DNA from: Lachnospirales bacterium | GTDB lineage: Bacteria; Bacillota; Clostridia; Lachnospirales; CAMZNU01 | DNA: 64,000 bases | Assembly (NCBI GenBank): GCA_047974375.1 | Contig: JBKECF010000014.1 | Span: 1 to 64,000, forward strand | Reading direction: 5' to 3' | Part shown: piece by piece, positions 61,701 to 64,000 of the stretch | Layout of the letters: each line of letters begins with the position of its first letter | Numbering within the stretch: position 1 is the stretch's first letter | Notes under the pieces: generated by a model | Seen by the model: only the letters and a program-made list of their open reading frames with translations | Told to the model about the DNA's origin: nothing | The model's database searches: none | Made by a program: the position numbers and the translations under genes

Positions 61701-62121
61701 AAAAGTTGAATCAAACAGTTATAGTACCTTGCTAAAAGAATTTATGTTATCTGGTGTGTTTTTAAGTGAAGAAGAAGATAGTAAAAAAGTTTTAGCATTA
61801 CTAGACAATAATTTTAAAGATGGTTCTGCAATAGTTCCAGCTGGAATAAAAAAAGATGGCGAGTTTACAACGCATTCAAATTATTTTACAGAAAATGAAT
61901 TTGAGAATGCTTTTGCATACACAAAGGAAAAATTAAGAGAAATTTGTAAAAACATATATAGTGGAAATATAAATGTAAACCCTATTTTAAAAGACGATTT
62001 TTCTACTTGTAGTTATTGTAAGCATAAAAATATATGTAAAAAAGATTTAAAGGATAAAGTAGATTATAATGTATTAAATAAAGTTAATAAAGATATTTTT
62101 AAGAATGCAGAAAATAAATAA
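58747..62121 (+). CDS. addB: ATP-dependent helicase/deoxyribonuclease subunit B (AddB/RexB)
   Basis: 1124 aa. The N-terminus aligns to B. subtilis AddB (IIYIVPEQSTLHTE versus IIFLVPDQMTFLME) but lacks the GSGKT Walker A. The C-terminal RecB-type nuclease has Fe-S cysteines (CPYLYF...CSYCKHKNICKK). Confidence 0.8.
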   Translation: MKYILSSKFYNTNKIAKMLLKLEKEKQIIYIVPEQSTLHTERTLMEKSGRKAIMQSQVYSFKRLAFKTLSEVGDNNLEPLDDTAKGLILRKIIEEKKESFKFYKNASNKIGFIEEISNIITEFQSYSISPQNIKDKLAMDDIGILGLKMSDIYEIYISYCSYIESRYITPEITLDYLNNKIQFSNNIKNSIIVLDGFIALTPQEYKILEKLLLYAYDVLFVFPINEVPKKEYFDNINKGDIFYEIKNIWNKIYFFSKEINLNTEFVALEEDCNESDLTYLQNNYFKEAKVIDGKNIELSSCKNKYEEITLLCENIIRLVRDNGYRYSDIGVFTNARDKSTIEGILSQYNIPYFLDEKDKIISLSLPTLILDIVNVVVSNHSYESVFKILKSELMSFDSRSLEILENYALEYGIKGYKWKRKVKNSENSEKILDDIYEDLNSTEKEVFDISFEDFYNSKKYDMEKINKTKDEVLKKLMFFTYKIDKKEYDIVYLTKKIFRFLINNSVHEKLLGIEEYLNDVGDFERVKEYSQIWEKTINVFNKLNEFLKDTKVTINDFYKILEAGFVSEELATLPSKVDEVLIGDIKRTISEPKKVVCLITLNEGIIPSIYNENKLLSDDEKDFLSDKKISLSENSKKLLIRENLYFYRVLQLAEEKLFLSYSQRQLNGDMMFPSPYINKIKNIVNISEKNYKEDLTISVSLFKKISELIPRRSAGLSEKEEAIFQFFYNKEEYKYIIDLLINMQNEKNIKEKLSESLVSKFYGNELITSVSRLERYVRCPYLYFIDYNLKAKDRVIYEADYIDYGNLFHYILEKYDEYIANEKIKWSDVEDEQIKNIVDSIVIDSLKENSIYLSSSRYESFLERISNISKKSIWALREHIRHGNFQVTGSEVEFSKEENALTLEVDGKKIYLVGKIDRIDIYDDNGVKYVKVLDYKSGNTEFSIDEIYHGTQLQLIVYLMAILESADLKAESMPGGMFYFKIQNPKVESNSYSTLLKEFMLSGVFLSEEEDSKKVLALLDNNFKDGSAIVPAGIKKDGEFTTHSNYFTENEFENAFAYTKEKLREICKNIYSGNINVNPILKDDFSTCSYCKHKNICKKDLKDKVDYNVLNKVNKDIFKNAENK

Positions 62122-62130
62122 GGAGTTAAT

Positions 62131-62619
62131 ATGAACATTGTATTATTAGAACCTGAGCAAGGTGGCAATACTGGCAATATAGGAAGAACGTGTATTGCAA
62201 CAAATTCTACTTTACATTTAATTAGACCTCTAGGTTTTAAATTAACAAGTAAAGAGTTAAAAAAAGCTGGAATGGATTATTGGCCAAGTGTAAATTATAA
62301 ACTTTACGATGATTTTAAAGATTTTTTAGAAAAAAACAATTACCCAGTAATATACATGGCAACAACGAAGTCTAAAAAAACCTATGCTGACATTAATTAT
62401 AAGTCTAATGATTTTATAATGTTTGGTAAAGAAAGTGGTGGTATTCCAGAGGAAATTTTAGTAGACTATAGAAAAACTTGTATAAGAATTCCTATGGATG
62501 TAAATGCCCGTTCTTTAAATCTTTCCAATTCCGTGGCAATAGTTGTTTATGAGGCTATGAGACAAAACTTTTTCCAAGGTTTGGAAATAGAAGGAGAGCT
62601 GCATAATTTGAATTGGTAA
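62131..62619 (+). CDS. trmL: tRNA (cytidine/uridine-2'-O)-methyltransferase, SpoU/TrmL family
   Basis: 162 aa SPOUT methyltransferase with EPEQGGNTGNIGRTC and LNLSNSVAIVVYE motifs. Confidence 0.8.
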   Translation: MNIVLLEPEQGGNTGNIGRTCIATNSTLHLIRPLGFKLTSKELKKAGMDYWPSVNYKLYDDFKDFLEKNNYPVIYMATTKSKKTYADINYKSNDFIMFGKESGGIPEEILVDYRKTCIRIPMDVNARSLNLSNSVAIVVYEAMRQNFFQGLEIEGELHNLNW

Positions 62620-62649
62620 GTTGAATTTACCAAAATAATAAATTACTAC

Positions 62650-62678
62650 TTGACTTAAAAAAAATATATTGGTATACT
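62650..62678 (+). promoter_or_regulatory. Sigma-A-type promoter of the pheS T-box leader
   Basis: TTGACT (62650-62655), 17-nt spacer, TATACT (62673-62678). Confidence 0.5.
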
Positions 62679-62685
62679 CCTAATA

Positions 62686-62935
62686 ATATCTTTAAAACAT
62701 TGAATGTGACACGTCATTTAGAATTTATATATAAGAGAGAAAATGTATTTGCTGTGAGCATTTTTTATATAAACTATTTGATTTCCCACAGGAGTTGATA
62801 TTTGGAACAGCTTTGCTAATTATAAGTATCCGGGTATGCCCGTTATCGCTATAGAGAGTTTGGCTTTTTTTAGCCTTAAACTAGGGTGGTACCGCGTTAA
62901 TTCGTCCCTTTGTATAAAGGGGCTTTTTTTATGCC
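62686..62935 (+). promoter_or_regulatory. T-box riboswitch leader (tRNA-Phe responsive, predicted) controlling pheST
   Basis: T-box sequence ctagggtggtaccgcg at 62881-62896, then the terminator cgtccctttgtataaaggggc plus a U7 run (62903-62930). An AGAGAG box lies at ~62864. Confidence 0.85.
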
Positions 62936-62981
62936 CAAAACTAATAATCTAGTAAAAAACTAAATAATAGAAAGGAAAATT

Positions 62982-64000
62982 ATGGAAGAGAAATTAAAAC
63001 TAATTAAAGAGTCTATAATTAATCAAGTGAAAGGCGCTAAAGATACTAAAGCTTTAGAAGATGTAAAAGTAAAATTTTTAGGAAAAAAGGGAGAGTTAAC
63101 TCAGCTATTAAAATCCATGGGTAGTTTATCTGCCGAAGAGCGACCTAAAATGGGTCAATTAGTAAATGAAGTGAGAAATTTTTCAGAAAATATTTTAAAA
63201 GAAACAAAGGAAAAAATTGAAATATATGAAATGGAAAATAAACTAAAAGAAGAATTTATCGATATATCCATGAGTGGAAATAAAAGTAAACTAGGTAAAA
63301 AGCATCCGATGACTACAGTTATTGATGACCTGAAAAATATATTTATTGGAATGGGGTATGAAATTGCAGAAGGTCCTGAAATTGAAAAGGATTACTACAA
63401 TTTCAAAGCTTTAAATATTCCAGAAAATCATCCAGCAAAAGATGAACAAGATACATTTTATTTAGGGAATGATTTATTGCTAAGAACTCAAACGTCGCCT
63501 GTGCAAGTTCGTGAAATGGAAAAAGGCAAGTTGCCTATAAAGCTAATAGCTCCAGGCAGGGTATATAGAAGTGATGAAGTAGATGCAACTCATTCTCCTG
63601 TATTTCACCAGTTAGAAGGTTTAGTTGTAGACCAAGGTATTACTATGGGTGATTTAAAAGGTGCGCTTAGTGTATTTGCTAAGGAACTATTTGGCGATGA
63701 AACAAAAACACGTTTTAGACCTCATCATTTCCCATTTACTGAGCCAAGTGCAGAAATGGATGTTACTTGTTTTGCTTGTGGCGGAAGCGGCTGTAGAGTT
63801 TGTAAAGATAGTGGATGGATTGAACTTTTAGGTTGTGGTATGGTTCATCCAAGAGTACTAGAAATGAGTGGTATCAACCCTGAGTTATATAGCGGATTTG
63901 CATTTGGAATGGGTCTTGAACGTATTGCCATGCAAAGATACGGTATAACAGACCTAAGGTTATTATATGAAAATGACGTTAACTTTTTAAAACAGTTTTA
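62982..64000 (+). CDS. pheS: Phenylalanyl-tRNA synthetase alpha subunit; the 3' end lies outside the window
   Basis: My own translation from the ATG at 62982 is open to base 64000. Class-II motifs [14 protein letters not shown] and GCGMVHP are present. Not in the ORF track because it has no stop. Confidence 0.9.
   Translation, partial: MEEKLKLIKESIINQVKGAKDTKALEDVKVKFLGKKGELTQLLKSMGSLSAEERPKMGQLVNEVRNFSENILKETKEKIEIYEMENKLKEEFIDISMSGNKSKLGKKHPMTTVIDDLKNIFIGMGYEIAEGPEIEKDYYNFKALNIPENHPAKDEQDTFYLGNDLLLRTQTSPVQVREMEKGKLPIKLIAPGRVYRSDEVDATHSPVFHQLEGLVVDQGITMGDLKGALSVFAKELFGDETKTRFRPHHFPFTEPSAEMDVTCFACGGSGCRVCKDSGWIELLGCGMVHPRVLEMSGINPELYSGFAFGMGLERIAMQRYGITDLRLLYENDVNFLKQF

Noticed and set aside
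1-64000. CRISPR arrays, transposases/IS elements, rRNA or tRNA genes
   Set aside because: No direct-repeat/spacer periodicity, no DDE/tyrosine recombinase-like ORF and no tRNA cloverleaf or rRNA-like conserved stretches were seen in any intergenic region.

Overview
This is an AT-rich (about 28-30% GC by eye) chromosomal segment from a Firmicutes, most likely Clostridia-like, genome. Most of the window is housekeeping content. A MacAB/YknXYZ-like efflux ABC system opens the window (its ATPase gene starts at 528). At 2.5-17 kb there is a glycan-utilisation locus with two glycoside hydrolases (one DUF4038/GH140-like), an LplABC-like sugar ABC importer, and a divergent YesS-like membrane AraC regulator plus a YesM/YesN-like two-component system. 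Downstream housekeeping genes include nfeD-flotillin, prmA-rsmE, luxS, nox, nth, a Pho-like two-component system with a Na/Pi symporter, T-box-controlled leuS and pheS, fhs-folD, rimO-pgsA-cinA, oppBCDF and addB-trmL. The observations worth a second look are listed here. (1) A roughly 270-bp element made of consecutive short hairpins occurs in two copies (11648-11915 and 28501-28774); every substitution between the copies lies in a predicted loop or linker. (2) The flotillin gene carries an in-frame TAA at 18000-18002. (3) A Cas4-like PD-(D/E)xK/Fe-S nuclease gene downstream of yhaM is split across two reading frames. (4) A two-gene cassette ending in a HIRAN-domain ORF (50471-51392, minus strand) is riddled with frameshifts. 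(5) A FliK-C-terminal-like protein sits outside any flagellar locus. (6) addB has no adjacent addA and a degenerate Walker A. No CRISPR array, transposase or rRNA/tRNA gene was recognised.
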